From Felis catus (taxonomy: Eukaryota): a stretch of 64,000 bases of DNA. The DNA lies in contig NC_058368.1 of NCBI RefSeq assembly GCF_018350175.1, positions 170,192,001 through 170,256,000 of the forward strand, given 5' to 3'. Below the pieces are notes generated by a model. It was not told where the DNA came from, ran no database searches, and saw nothing but the letters and a program-made list of their open reading frames with translations. Positions within the stretch are counted from its first letter, which is position 1; each line of letters begins with the position of its first letter. Position numbers and translations under genes: made by a program. This document shows positions 13,054-26,187 of this stretch, piece by piece.

Positions 13054-13801
13054 TTCGAAATGCTGACCTAAATCGAATTACAAAAAGACTATTCCTTCAA
13101 AGTCAAAGGATATGAGTTTGATACCTTTTCTCTGTGAAGTCCTAGAGTGACTAAGGCCCAGATGCCCTCTGAGGTGAACGACCAGTGAGTCATTCTCAGA
13201 GTACTCCTCACCCCACTTCACAAAAAGGTCAAGCAAAGCATAATCACAGAGTTGACAAAATGTCTTTGTCCCTGAACATACCTCACAGTCCCAATATTTT
13301 GGTTTGTCTGCTCTCTTTGAAGTCTGGAAAATCATAACTAACCTAGGGCACTCACTAAAATATGGATGAAAAAAGATCCATCAGTGTCAGCCACCTACGG
13401 TAGAAAAATGCTTCAACACAAGCACACTATTTTCAATAAATGCTGATTGCAAAAATTTTCTTTAAGTGAAAATGCCTCTGCCAAAAATGGGATAGAAACA
13501 CCAATACTTACTTACAAATAGGGAGTTTGTTAAAAATCAAAACTGAAAATCAATGTACATTGAATTCAAGGTTGATTAGGTCAGAAATTTTGCCCTAGCT
13601 TCTTTATGAACTCACCAGGTCTCAATTATTAGTAGAATAACTTGGTTTTACAATGTTGTGAAATTAAACATGTATAAAGTAATTTATAAGTATTATAGAT
13701 TTCCCCCTAATTTTATAAATAAAGAAACTGATGTAGAGGTTTACTGGCTTGTCTAAAATAAGTTACTTTATTCGTTTTACTTTTTAATTTTTTTCACTTT
13801 T

Positions 13802-14001
13802 TTTTACTGTTTTACTAATTTTTGAGACAGAGAGAGACAGTATGAGTGGGAGATGGGCAAAGAGAGAGGGAGACATGGAATCCAAAGCGGGCTTCAGGCT
13901 CTGAGCTGTCAGCACAGAGCCCAACATGGGCCTCGAACTCGTGAACTGCAAGATCATGGCCGAGGTCGGATGCTTAACCGACTGAGCCACTCAGGCGCCC
14001 C
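13802..14001 (-). mobile_element. CanSINE
   Basis: Flanked by aat(t)ncactttt direct repeats. Confidence 0.93.
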
Positions 14002-14370
14002 AATTTTTTTTTTCACTTTTAAAATTAATGTGAATCACTGTATACAGGGAAATAGTACCAGATCTGGCCTGAACTTCAGCTAGCCTTACTCCAGCCCAGC
14101 ATCCCTTCTACACTAATATAGATCAGCTAAAATATAATAAACAAATATAGATAGGTAAATAGACAGATAGATGATAAATAAATCAGCTAAAATACAATAA
14201 CAGGAGGCTTCATAAAAAGCTACCTAGCTATTTACATACAACCTTATAAAAAGGTTAGGGACATCAGTATTCAAGACAGTTTTCCTAGATTCTCCTTACT
14301 CCTTTATATCGATTTCTTCAGTGATCAAACTGCACTTTTAAAAGATGGAATTAAAATGTCTCCAAGTCAT

Positions 14371-14573
14371 GGGGTGCCTTGGAGGCTCAGTCAGTTAAGT
14401 GTCTGACTCTTGGTTTCAGCTCAGGTCATGATCTCATGGTTGGTGAGAATGAGACCCGCATCAGGCTCTGTACTGACAGGGAGGAGCCTGCTGGAATTCT
14501 CCTTCTCTGTCTGCCCATCCTCCGCTCACATGCTCTCTTTCTCTCAAAATAAACAAATAAACTTTTTAAAAAA
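14371..14573 (+). mobile_element. CanSINE (older)
   Basis: TSD taaaatgtctccaagtca at 14352 and 14574. Confidence 0.93.
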
Positions 14574-15329
14574 TAAAATGTCTCCAAGTCACGACCCTTA
14601 CACAGGGCTCTTTCAACCTTTCAATAGATACCTAGGAAAACACTGACAATGTCAAAAATCTACATGACCCTACAAATGAAAGACTAAGAGTTAAAGAAAA
14701 GTCATCAAGAGCAGCAACTTTATAGGGAATTTCCACAAACCATAAAATTGATGGAGCTGGATTAGAAATAGCAATAAGGAGTGCACACATGCTGCTTCAT
14801 GAAACATAGCAGCCTTGGTTCCTCAAAGAAAGTTAAAAGGAATAAAAGGGGAAAAAAAGACATCTCTACTATCCACAGTGTTTGTCATAGTTCAGAAAAA
14901 CTAAAGCCAGTCCCTTACTTTGGGAGTACTGTTTTTTGGGTTTGTTTTTTTTTTTAAGGAGCCAGAGTATTATTTCTGTGCTTCATCAGCATTTCTCTAT
15001 ACTTACTCAGAGATGGAAATTTCTAGATGCCAAGAAGGGTAGAAAACCATGCTCGTGACAATATGTGTGTAGGAAAGAGGAGGGAATGTGTGTGGGGGTG
15101 AGGAGCAGGAGAGAGGAGGAACACTATGCCAGGAACACTGGAGGGCATTTTCTCCCCAAAGGTAAAACATCAAAGAGGAAGAGGAACACAAGAAGGTCCC
15201 TGATGATAGTGCACATTGAGCGTTGTAGCATCTAACATCTCTGCTATGGATCCTGTGAAGACAAACCTCTTCATTTAAAATAACAAGTTTTTGTAGATTT
15301 CTCCTAGATAATAAGGTAGGTAAAAATAG

Positions 15330-16830
15330 AAAAGAGAAGGGGATCCTATGTGAGACTGATGAAAAATATATTAAAGCAAGGGCTTAAAGAGAAGACCAGT
15401 CCAAATACTCAGAGAGGATCACATCTCTGAAAATGATTTCTTAAAGGGACCAGAAGTTATTTTTATAAGACTCTTAAGTATCTTTAATAAAGCCAAGGAA
15501 GAAGAAAAGACCATGAAAAGCCTTGATACTGAGATGAAAGGTAATAGAGTAAGAAAGCAAGAGATTGCAAAGAAATTAAAATACAAATGTAAAATTCAAA
15601 TCCATGATGAGGAAGTTAACTGTAAAAGTTGGTTGGAAGGAGAAAAGTTGGAAAATTCTTACATAATTTAGAGGAAGTCAACTGCATTTAAAGCTGGCAA
15701 ATTGAGACCCAGTAGTATCTAATTCCTACTGAAACAACCAAAGAAACAAAATCTACGGGGGGAAATCTGTAGTACTACAGAAAGGAAAAAAAATAAAGGA
15801 ACTTTAAAGATTTTAAAGTTATGAAGAAAATGGAATCCAGATGAAGGAAAACCTTTCCAATGCCAAGAAGCCAAAAATTAAATCTAAAATTTAGTGAGGC
15901 ATATATGGGTTTTCCACTCTAACATAATGTATAATCTAAGCACAGACAGGCAGGAGCTGTGCATTGAGCATGTGAAAAATGAATAATCAATGGAAGGCCT
16001 TCAAGATATATAGACCTGTCACCACAGCATTTGTGCAAAGCTTCACATAGCAGGACTTTAAGTGAAGTGAAGGATTCGTCTTTACACCTTCATAAGATGG
16101 CCAGGGAAATAAGAGAGGATGCCTTTTATATCCTGGCTACCCAATCACAAAGATGTTCCTAAAAGTTCTGGATTGAAAATAAAAAAGAGAAAAGAAGCAG
16201 ACTGGCTTTGAACATCTAATCACAGCTATAAGTTAGGAAATGGCATAGTGACATTTAGTGATTTAAAGTGAGAATTAGGAAAAAACAAAACAAAACAAAA
16301 CTGTGAGCACAGAAGTCTATTTCCAGACAAAATGTATGTTCCACTTTTTAGGGGGAAATGAATGGTAACAAATGTTATAATCAGCCTAGAGTTGTATACA
16401 ATCAAGGGCTCACCTAATGCAAGAGATATAACCTATGTTCCTACCTAGAATATACTCAAACCAACCAAATATTTATTTATTTAAATATTTATTTATTTAT
16501 TTATTTATTTAAATATTATTTAACAGCTTAAGAAGGAGAAATTGTAGTGGTAAGTGGCTGATAGTGGGTGGGAAAAATAAAGTGTAATAAGTCAAAATAA
16601 TATCATAAATATCACCTTAAAATTAAATATAGATATAAAACTTATTCTATAAGGAGGGACTAGAACATTTTAAAGAGTGACTTAGCCTTAATGTTATCAG
16701 AAACTCCAGATTATATTAACAGTCTAGGAAGGTAGGGTTAAAGTAAATAAATTTGTCTCAACCTTCACTGCACATGGAGAAGAGGGCAATCAGGATTTCA
16801 TTCTTGGTTTTGACCATTTACGAAAACTAA
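15330..16830 (+). mobile_element. Ancient L1/HAL1 ORF1-like remnant
   Basis: A-rich, purine-skewed degenerate sequence; family not certain. Confidence 0.3.
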
Positions 16831-17189
16831 TTTGAAGAATGCATGTCTCTTGCCATTGTCTGATTTTTGATACTACTTAGAAAAGATGGACATGTAAATC
16901 TAGTCTTTAGCATGTCTGCTAAAAGAGTTCTTTCTCTTGCTTACAGAGCTTCATTCTCAGAGCTCCAGGATGACAGTGGGAAAGAATGAAGGGCTGGCGT
17001 GTTAGACAAGCCAGGAATGCAGCTTCACCAGAGAAGGCAAAGGCAGGTGGGTCACTGACTGTCAACCCCCTCCAGTCCTATCAGGCACATCATCTGTTTG
17101 GTTCATTGGTGGTAATTAATCCCAGCATCAGGATCTTTCAGACTTTGTTTTTGTTCTTCTTGTTTTTTTCTAATCATGGCAAGTTATAA

Positions 17190-17500
17190 GACCCTGATGC
17201 GACCCTGTGACCTATAAAGATGGTTGTTGTTAAATAATTTTAAGCCGGAGAGTGGTCTAATCACATTTAGGTTGTAGCGCTGGCAGCAGAGTATGACAAA
17301 TTATTGATGGGAAAACTTAAGGCAGAGACCAGCTAAAAAGCTACAGGAGTCATGAGACAATATGGGCCTAAACCAAGGTTGTGACAGAGCAGGTAGAGAG
17401 CAGAACAGTTCTGAAATGTAGCAGTTAGGGTGTCTAATTTGGTTAAGTTGAGGAGAGGACATGTGTCACGTATTAAGATCAAAATTCAGCGGGCAGGAGC
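17190..17500 (-). mobile_element. L2 fragment
   Basis: ttttaagccggagagtgg...ggcagagaccagctaaaaagcta...ggcctaaaccaagg. Confidence 0.55.
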
Positions 17501-17544
17501 CTCTCTAGGAAAAAAATAATTCCGATCTAAACTAGTAGGGCATG

Positions 17545-18044
17545 AAATTATGGAAAGAGCCTAAATGTCCATCAACTGATGAATGGATAAAGAAATTGTG
17601 GTTTATATACACAATGGAATATTACGTGGCAATGAGAAAAAAATGAAATATGGCCTTTTGTAGCAACGTGGATGGAACTGGAGAGTGTGATGCTAAGTGA
17701 AATAAGCCATACAGAGAAAGACAGATACCATATGGTTTCACTCTTATGTGGACCCTGAGAAATTAACAGGAACCCATGGGGGAGGGAAAGGAAAAAAAAA
17801 AACAGGTTAGAGTGGGAGAGAGCCAAAGCATAAGAGACTGTTAAGAACTGAGAACAAACTGAGGGTTGATGGGGGGTGGGAGGGAGGAGAGGGTGGGTGA
17901 TGGGTATTGAGGAGGGCACCTTTTGGGATGAGCACTGGGTGTTGTATGGAAACCAATTTGTCAATAAATTTCATATAAAAATAAATAAATAAATAAAAAA
18001 GAAAAAAAAATAATAATAAAATCCAGAGTCAGATGCTCAAAAAA

Positions 18045-18092
<48 letters not shown>
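17545..18092 (+). mobile_element. Young felid L1 3' end with double poly(A) tail (3' transduction)
   Basis: Near-identical to the 3' end of the L1 at 1177-1620; TSD taaactagtaggg(c/a)atgaa at 17528 and 18093. Confidence 0.96.
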
Positions 18093-18095
<3 letters not shown>

Positions 18096-18146
18096 ACTAG
18101 TAGGGAATGAAGTATTAGGGGAGAATCAAAGTATAAAAAAGTGTTC

Positions 18147-18326
18147 TCATTACTTATTTAAATCTCTTAAAACCTCTCTGAGATGGCTACTGTCTCTATT
18201 TATCTGTTAACTAGACTCTGTTCGTAGGGGTTAAATGACTCATTCAAAATTAGACAGGTAGCAAGAGACAGGATTAAAACTCAGGTCTTCTGATTTGAGG
18301 TTGAATGTTTTCTTACTGCACCATAA
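18147..18326 (-). mobile_element. MIR
   Basis: ggggttaaatgactc...caggattaaaactcaggtcttctga. Confidence 0.7.
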
Positions 18327-20034
18327 CTTAGCAAAGCATAATTACACATATACCCTTGATGTATACTAAATGGTTAAACTTAGCCCAGAGGATCAAAGGA
18401 TGAATTTTAAAATCCAGGAAATGAATTTGAAGAGTGAGGACCTACACTGCCATCTCAGCTCATAAAGAAGGCAGAGGACTATTGACAAAAACTTCTTTGA
18501 ATGGTTTGGGTCAGACTGTCCCATGAACATTATAATTGCTGGGGTTCAGGAGATAGGCAATGGGGATATCAGTGATCTCGACAGAAATAAAGGCCTTACA
18601 GCCTATACAAAGCAGTTGATTTTGTCTGATTCATTTCAATGCAAACACAAATACCATACCTCTGGAAAACACTTGCCCTATCTATATAATTTTAAATTGT
18701 CAAGCTTTTTTGGAATACATTCATGGAGTGCATTAAATCAGCTATTTTGCTTTGGGAGATATAATTTTATATGTTATACTGCTCCACTGAAATGCCATAC
18801 TGCATTTCTCAGCAGTCTTCATTGGCTAATAATTCAATTATAAACACAATTCATTATTTTCATGTTAGATTAGAAAGCCTTTTGCACTGGCTTGAGCTAT
18901 CTTCCCAGAGCAAATGGGGCAGTTTATAAAAGGCCAAACCGCAGGGTGGAGCATTGAGAGTATAAAGCATCATATAAAATTTAACCACATTAAATGGAAA
19001 TCTGCCTTACAGCAAACTGCTTATCTGCAGCTCAGGGCAGCTCAACTTCCCAGATAAAGGCTGCTGCATGACAGCTAGGAGGGGTTCATGTAGTCTCTTT
19101 TTCTCTGCTTCTTCACCCTGTTTTATAATTTATTGTCTTTAGTGCATTTCTTCACCTCGTTTTTTTTTTCTTTTTTTTCCCTGTCCCTTAGTGAGCAAAG
19201 AGGTTGCTCTAATTCTGCGATGCCTTCCCTGAGTCTTTTCATGGATTCCAGGCCTGCTCTTTTTTAGGCTCAGCCGAAACCACTTATGTCAATTTCTTTC
19301 CTTTTCTATCGTATGATCTTTATAAAGGGGGCTATAAGAAGCAAGGCAGGGATCTACAATGATGAATTATTTACTGATGGATAGCATCAGAAATGGGCAG
19401 ATGAGAACCACTCACTTGTATGGGCACAAGAAATTTTTGCCACTATTAATCAAATTTCTTCTGATCATTCAGTTGAATGGTCTCCTTTCTGCATTTTAAA
19501 TCCCTGAACATTGATTCACCATTATGGTGACTTTACTGATATGTGCGGCAAACAAAATTTTTCAGGTTACTCCTCTTAATAGTCACTTGGCATTGAATTT
19601 CAAGTACGAAACCAAATTTATCTTCCACCAAGTGTCAAAATTCCAAGGCTACCTGGTCCAGCAAATCATGACAATGTCTTAATGTACTATCAAGGCCTGA
19701 TGCCTCAATATTTGTATTTCATTCTAAATACATTGTTCATTTTCTTAATTTTTTACATGTACCCAATCTTAGGAGTATGTAAGACAAATACTCAATTTTC
19801 CCTAGAAATGGAAGGCATTTCTGCTTTGATTTTGATAATTACATCACAGTTTGTTTTGTCTTATCTGGAATAATGACTTCTTGATAGCTTTGTAGGCTAT
19901 TACATAAATAAATATTTTGTAAGAAGAAAAATTAATTCTTTAATATTTGCCATAATGAGTGTTATCATTACAACAGAAAATTTGACTAACAGAAGTTAAT
20001 CAAACTGCTAACTAACTTAAAAATTAATCTTTTA

Positions 20035-20141
20035 GGGGCTCAGAGCCTAGAGCCTGCCTCAGATTCTCTCTCTCCCTCTCTCTCTGCCCCTCCCCCACAT
20101 GTGCTCTGTGTCTCTCAAAAATAAATAAATATTAAAAAATA
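20035..20141 (+). mobile_element. CanSINE lacking its tRNA head (5'-truncated or internally deleted)
   Basis: Starts ggggctcagagcctagagcc; TSD aaaaattaat(c/a)tttta. Confidence 0.85.
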
Positions 20142-20489
20142 AAAAATTAATATTTTAATGTAAATGGATTATTGTTTACTAGAGTCATCACTTTAAAAAA
20201 AAAAACACTGAAACCTCTTTTAAAAAACCAGTAAATATAAGAAATAGAATCAAAATTATTTGCCAGTGTTTTTTAAAGCAGTTATCTTTTCCTTTTGATT
20301 TTAAGCAGTTACTATGTTTATCATTTTTTTCAATTTACCCCTCTGGTCATTCCTTATTGTCTAAACACTGCCATCCCCTCCTTCACTTGATCTTCACCAT
20401 GTCTTCCCAGAAAAGGAGAAGTCAGGACAAGCATCTTCAGTGACAAGATGCTTCAGAACAGTTATCTCCTTCCTCGTGCGGTCAGAATG

Positions 20490-20625
20490 AAGCGTGCTAT
20501 ACTGGGGCCCTAAAAATGTCATTCCAGTCACGAGTAAGTTTAATAAACATGGCCTTGCTTTCTCCATCTGTAAAGTAAGAATCGCTCTGTATGATCTCCA
20601 ATGCCCCCAAATCTGCAAAATACTA
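20490..20625 (+). mobile_element. MIR3/MIRc-like remnant
   Basis: gccttgctttctccatctgtaaagtaag...tgatctccaatg. Confidence 0.45.
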
Positions 20626-20645
20626 AGTATAAAAAAATAACTACC

Positions 20646-20831
20646 AAGGTTCGTGGGTGACTCGGTCAGTTGAGTGTCTGACTCGCCATTTTGGCTTGGG
20701 ACCTGATCTTGTAGTTTGTAGGTTTGGCCAGGTGGGACTCTGCACTGGCAGTGTGGAGTATGCTTAGGATTCTCCCTCTCTCCCACTCTCTGCCCCTCCC
20801 CAACAAAATAAATTAATAAACTTAGGAAAAA
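20646..20831 (+). mobile_element. Old diverged CanSINE
   Basis: gggtgactcggtcagttgagtgtctgact...ctctgcccctcccc plus A tail. Confidence 0.85.
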
Positions 20832-20845
20832 ACTATCTTAAAGAC

Positions 20846-21244
20846 TGTTAAATAACAAAATGCAAGCAAGTAAATTTGAAGGTCTAATTGGCTTATTAAA
20901 TGATTCATGAATCATGAAGCACCCCATCTAGCAAGTAGAGGGGAGCTTCAAGGAGTTAGAAGGGTTTTATAGAAGGAGGGTCATTATTAGCAAAAGAAAA
21001 AGATGGCATTCTAGGGAGAAAAGCAAGGTGTCTTATTATGCTGATTATCTCATGTTTTTAGGGGAATGGAGAGGGCCTAAGTAGCAAACTCATTGGTGCA
21101 GATTGAAAAATTCCTAGCTGACCTTTTTAAGACTACATTTCCAGGAGTAGTTAAAACTTCACTTAGATTATGTATTATGCACCAGTTTGGGAACTCAGTC
21201 TAAGTGCACCATTTGGGGCCCGTGGTGTGTTTGTTTGTTTAACA
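20846..21244 (-). mobile_element. ERV1-class solo LTR
   Basis: TGTTAAA...TTTAACA termini with 4-bp TSD agac; TATA-like (ctataaaa) and poly(A)-like motifs on the minus strand. Confidence 0.8.
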
Positions 21245-22053
21245 AGACAAATCATAAACAAATTAAATCAATGTTGATGCAGTACAGTAAGACTGAAAAT
21301 TGGGTAAAGAAACAATTCCCTGACTTTAGAATTAGCTACTCTTAACTAGCCACTTTTATTATCTCAATATTTATTTAAACTTGCTTATTTGGTAATTATT
21401 AGAATACCATATTATGGTATAGAATACCATACTTATTTGGTAATTATTAGAGTCTTCCAAGAGCTAACATAGTTCTAGCCCCTTTTGAAAACTAAAGTGT
21501 GTATTTGAATCCCTAACAATTTATTTCCTATAGTAAGAGTGGTCTGAAAAAAATCACCATGGCTTTCAGCATAACCTACTTTATACCAGTGAGAATCTCT
21601 AATTTTTGTTGTATTTATCAGCTCTATATTAATATATATTTATTGAATACTTACATTCTATTTACATTGTAATTTTCCTATTTAAAGATATTATCCTTAG
21701 GTTTAAAACATGAAGGAATCACAATCTTTGTTAACTGCAATACTGAATAGATTTCTCCCATTACAGGACAAAACAGAACAAGTTCTTGATGAAATGTCTT
21801 CTGCACTAGGCTATTTCTAGGAAATTAAACAAAATCTAAGCCATCCTCCAGAAATCTTTACTTGATCTAGGATCCCAGAAACTTCCAAATGAAACTAGGA
21901 AAACACCTTTCCTTCACAAGGAATCTTCCAGATTCTTATAATTTACATATACAAAGACCTTTGGTATAGAGCTGGAAGCCAGAGACATAAAAACAGGAAC
22001 TAATTTTAAGAAAAATATATGACGATTGAATTTGCAACTTGTTACGGCATGAC

Positions 22054-22055
<2 letters not shown>

Positions 22056-22101
<46 letters not shown>

Positions 22102-22105
22102 TATT
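22056..22105. repeat. (TTA)n microsatellite
   Basis: Direct observation. Confidence 0.97.
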
Positions 22106-22713
22106 CCAATAGCAATGGAAGAGGAATTCAAAACTCTGTCCTCAAATATTGAAAAGGGAAATCTCTGATCACTTGTCTCAGAAACACTCCTTTAAAATTC
22201 TTCTTTCTTCCATTGAACCCATGTCCTCTTTGGTAGTAATTTACGACTTCTTTTTCCTTCTCAAATTAATATATGTACAGGAGGAAATTAACACTTATCA
22301 GTCAAGATTTATTTTTGTTATACTTTACAAGTAAGGCATAAAGAAACAGAATTTCAGTATATTTCCTCCAAGAATAATAAACTGTGCCTCACTGCTGTTG
22401 TTTAACAACTCAAAAAATAAAGGATGTTTTAAATGTGGGGACGCACTCTTTATCAATAACAAATTTCATTTGATAAAGATAAATTATGCAATGCATGCAT
22501 GCAGATTAGCAAAAAAAATGAAAGATAGGAACAATTTATTGATGAAATGAACTAATACAAAATATATAAATTGCCCTAGCATTTTGGAATAGAGATCATA
22601 AATTTTTTTCATAGTCAACTAAGGTGTGATTAACATTTAAGTACAAAGGCTATTTAACATTTAAACACAAAGGTTTCTCCATGAATTACTTTGGATTTAT
22701 AGAATCCCTCTTA

Positions 22714-22869
<156 letters not shown>

Positions 22870-23020
22870 CTAGAATTAAAATATAAAAATATATCTGGAA
22901 AAGAGTTATTTGACTTGAATAAACATGAAAATATACAAATGAAAACGCATTATTTTCTTAAACTTCATGTTACACAATACAGAGCAATTTACTAAAGTAC
23001 AGTTTTATAAGTACATACAG

Positions 23021-23548
23021 TATGGAGAAGGAAAAATAATTTTCCCTCTACCCTTCCAGGTTCCTGGATGAGACCTCCCCACCCCTGTTAATAAAAAGAT
23101 TCACACGAGAAAACCAAACGTAAATTTAAGAATGTGTATACATCCTGTGCACACGGGAGACACCCAGGAATACTCTTCAAAATGGCCCAAGTCACCACTT
23201 CATATAACATCTCTAGCTAAAGACATAAAGGGGGGAGGGGCAGCTATGGAAGGTTAACAAGAAAAGTACAGTAAACAAGGGTAAGGTTGATATGCAGATT
23301 TGTCACTGCCTCTCCTCTGATAAGAGTTTCTACATATCTAGAGTCATCCTTGTCTTCCTGGTGCAGAGAGGGAGACACCTTACAAATGGAGATTTCTCTT
23401 AAAATGTAAATATCTCTTACAAAAAGAGTAACTTTTACTCAGTTTTCACAGCTTCTCCTGTGTCTGCAATTTCTTAAAAATAACCAGCCTAAAATTATCC
23501 TTATGCTAAAGAAGCATATTTGGGGGCAATGAATTTTGTTTCCCTTCA
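23021..23548 (-). mobile_element. ERV1-class solo LTR (carnivore LTR, MER41/MER34-like)
   Basis: Minus strand begins TGAAGGGAAACAAAATTCATTGCCCCCAAATATGC, a typical ERV1 LTR start; ends about 150 bp from the exon 7 acceptor. Confidence 0.75.
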
Positions 23549-24214
23549 ATTGTTAACCTGAACCTAATGTCTTAATTGATTTTCACATGGGTCCCTTGTG
23601 TTCGGTGACATCAGTTTTACACTACGACAGAAATCCTATAATCTCTAAGGGACAATAATTAGACAAAACTGTGCTTCTTAGACCCTATATAATTTAGTTC
23701 TCCCTGACACCCAAGGAGAAGAGGACAGGAGAAAGTCTGAACAATGTTCAAACAACAAATCAGGTTTTAAAATGTGGATTTCCACTAAGGGCCAAATATA
23801 TGTGCCTAGTTAGACATGGTCAATGTCTGCTTAGTAACTATTTTAAAAGCCTACAAATTCGGGGGAAAAAAATGGGCTCTTACCTGTTAGTTTTTTCTTA
23901 AAGTGCTTCCTAACAGTTTCATAGATTAATTGGTCTACTAGAGTAACTGGTACAAAGAAACCTGATTTTATTGTTAGACGTGATAAAATAGCACTCTCAT
24001 TGAATTTTCGCCAACAATACTGTTTCAAATGCACATCTTGTGATGTGTACACAATATCACGTGATATTTCATTCTTTAATGTATGCCCCAAAGAAACACT
24101 TACAAAGCCTCCAAAATACTTTATAACTCTCATTTATTATACAAACAGCAATAAATCTACAATTGAAAGGTAACTTTCATGTTAAGTACTCTTAAGTTGA
24201 AAGGCCAGAACTTC

Positions 24215-24452
24215 GGGGCGCCTGGGTGGCGCAGTCGGTTAAGCGTCTGACTTCAGCCAGGTCACGATCTCGCGGTCCGTGAGTTTGAGTTTGAGCCCCG
24301 CGTCAGGCTCTGGGCTGATGGCTCAGAGCCTGGAGCCTGTTTCCGATTCTGTGTCTCCCTCTCTCTCTGCCCCTCCCCCGTTCATGCTCTGTCTCTCTCT
24401 GTCCCAAAAAAAATAAATAAACGTTGAAAAAAAAATTTTTTTTAAAAAAAAA
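24215..24452 (+). mobile_element. Young CanSINE (SINEC_Fc) with internal gagttt duplication
   Basis: TSD gaaaggccagaa(c/g)ttc at 24199 and 24453. Confidence 0.96.
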
Positions 24453-25139
24453 GAAAGGCCAGAAGTTCATACACAAATTTTAAATGAAGATATTTTGAGT
24501 TTCTGGTAAACTGTTTAGTTAAGTCCCATAGATATGCATTGATCTACTATTATGCTGAGAACTCGGATGCTGGAGGTAAAAGTCATGAGTAAGATAAAGC
24601 TTCTACGTAAGGCTACTGACTGTGGGGAACAAAAATTCAGAAAAGCAAATGAAAACAAGCCAATGTTTAGAATATTAGAATACTCCATGAAAAGCTTTAT
24701 TTTAAAGTAATATAATACATAAGACTGAGATGTACTGACTTCAGTAAATGCACACAGTTTATCCAAGTAACTCAGTTTTCTGCCTTGCAGGAGAGCCTAC
24801 CCCAAAATGGAAAAATCTTATAAATGAAATTCTTTTCTCAAACTGCTCTGTCTCAGCCCGGATGCCTGACAGCCCTCCTGTTGCAAACTTATTCTGAATA
24901 AATATGTAAGTAGCTATGTGAAACTTGTGAATGGCTTGACTAATTAACGGTCAATACTTTGTGTTTTTTTAAAATCATGCACACCGCATACTTCCATAGA
25001 CTATTCAGTTAAGTCAAAAATTATTGGTAACAAACTTATGCACTTATCACCAGAGACAATTCCCAAATGTCAAGATTAGACAATGAGCAAGATTTACGCT
25101 TTATTTTCAATTTTCTATGATACCATTTTCACTCATCCC

Positions 25140-25598
25140 TGAGAAAGAAAAAGCAGCCTCTGATGTCCAGCCAGAGCTGATTTGACAACAATATTCTTAC
25201 AAGCTAGTCTGACGCTCACAGCCTGGTCATTTTGTTCTATTGCTAGTTATAAACTCACAGAATATCAACCTCAGACAATATTATTCTGAGACCATGCTAA
25301 ATAAATTTAAAAAAGAAAAAGACTTGGTAAATTTTTTCTAAGCACAGACAAAACTCACTGTACCACTCACAAAATACCCAATCACAGATTTGCCCCTACT
25401 TTCTGACAGCATCAAATCTGCTTCTTTAGACCTTCCGCCAAATCACCCAAAGTCCAAATTCTACAGTAGGTTCAATGTGACACCTTCCTACTGCCATATC
25501 CCCTAATTCCTTGGGTATGTGTTCTCTGCAACAAATAAGGAACCCACTTAACTTAATTGCAGGTGTCCCTGGTGGTCTTTGGCATAAGGGCATCCACA
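25140..25598 (+). mobile_element. ERV1 LTR, MER67-like
   Basis: TGAGAAAGAAAAAGCAGCCTCTGA start; caggtgtccctggtggtctttggc...ggcatccaca end. Confidence 0.7.
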
Positions 25599-25895
25599 TC
25601 ATCAAGAGCAACTAAACCTGCCACACCCATGAATTTTCCAGATTAGTGAGGCTTATCACTTATCCTCATCCATTTTATATAGTTCAAGCATTTGCATGGA
25701 AATCTTGCTAAAGTTTCATCCTTGCTCTTTTTCAAAAGAAGAAATATATTTTCCAAACTTGAATGAATTGATATAGTGATGATGATGAAGTGATTTAATA
25801 CAATTACCATGTACATTATCAGTGCGGTAGGACAAGAGGGAGAAATGCTCTTGAAGGTATGAGGTAGTGTAGAGTTCTCTGCCTTTACACTAAAT

Positions 25896-26187
25896 CAGTC
25901 CTATTCAAGGTGTGGCTGGCAGATAAGTGCCATCTGCAAACGGTTAACTACAGTACAGAAATAAAGAATACATATTTAGAAACATTTATAACAATCTGAC
26001 AGTTAATTTTAAATATTTTCAGTCTAATAAAAAAATTAATGTTCCTCTTTTTATATCTTTTTTGTTTCATTTTCAGTAATTCATTAATAATGTAGTTTAC
26101 AAAGTTATCAGTCTGTGATAGTTTGGAATTTTTTTTTTTAAGTTGAGAGGGCCCTTTTTTTTAACACAGATTGTATGAGAAACACTG
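25896..26187. mobile_element. hAT-Charlie MITE, MER5C-like
   Basis: cagtcctattcaaggtgtgg...gagaaacactg terminal inverted repeats. Confidence 0.7.

Noticed and set aside
17862..17904. G-quadruplex-like G tracts (also 1270-1305 on the minus strand)
   Set aside because: Standard L1 3'UTR polypurine tract; not novel.
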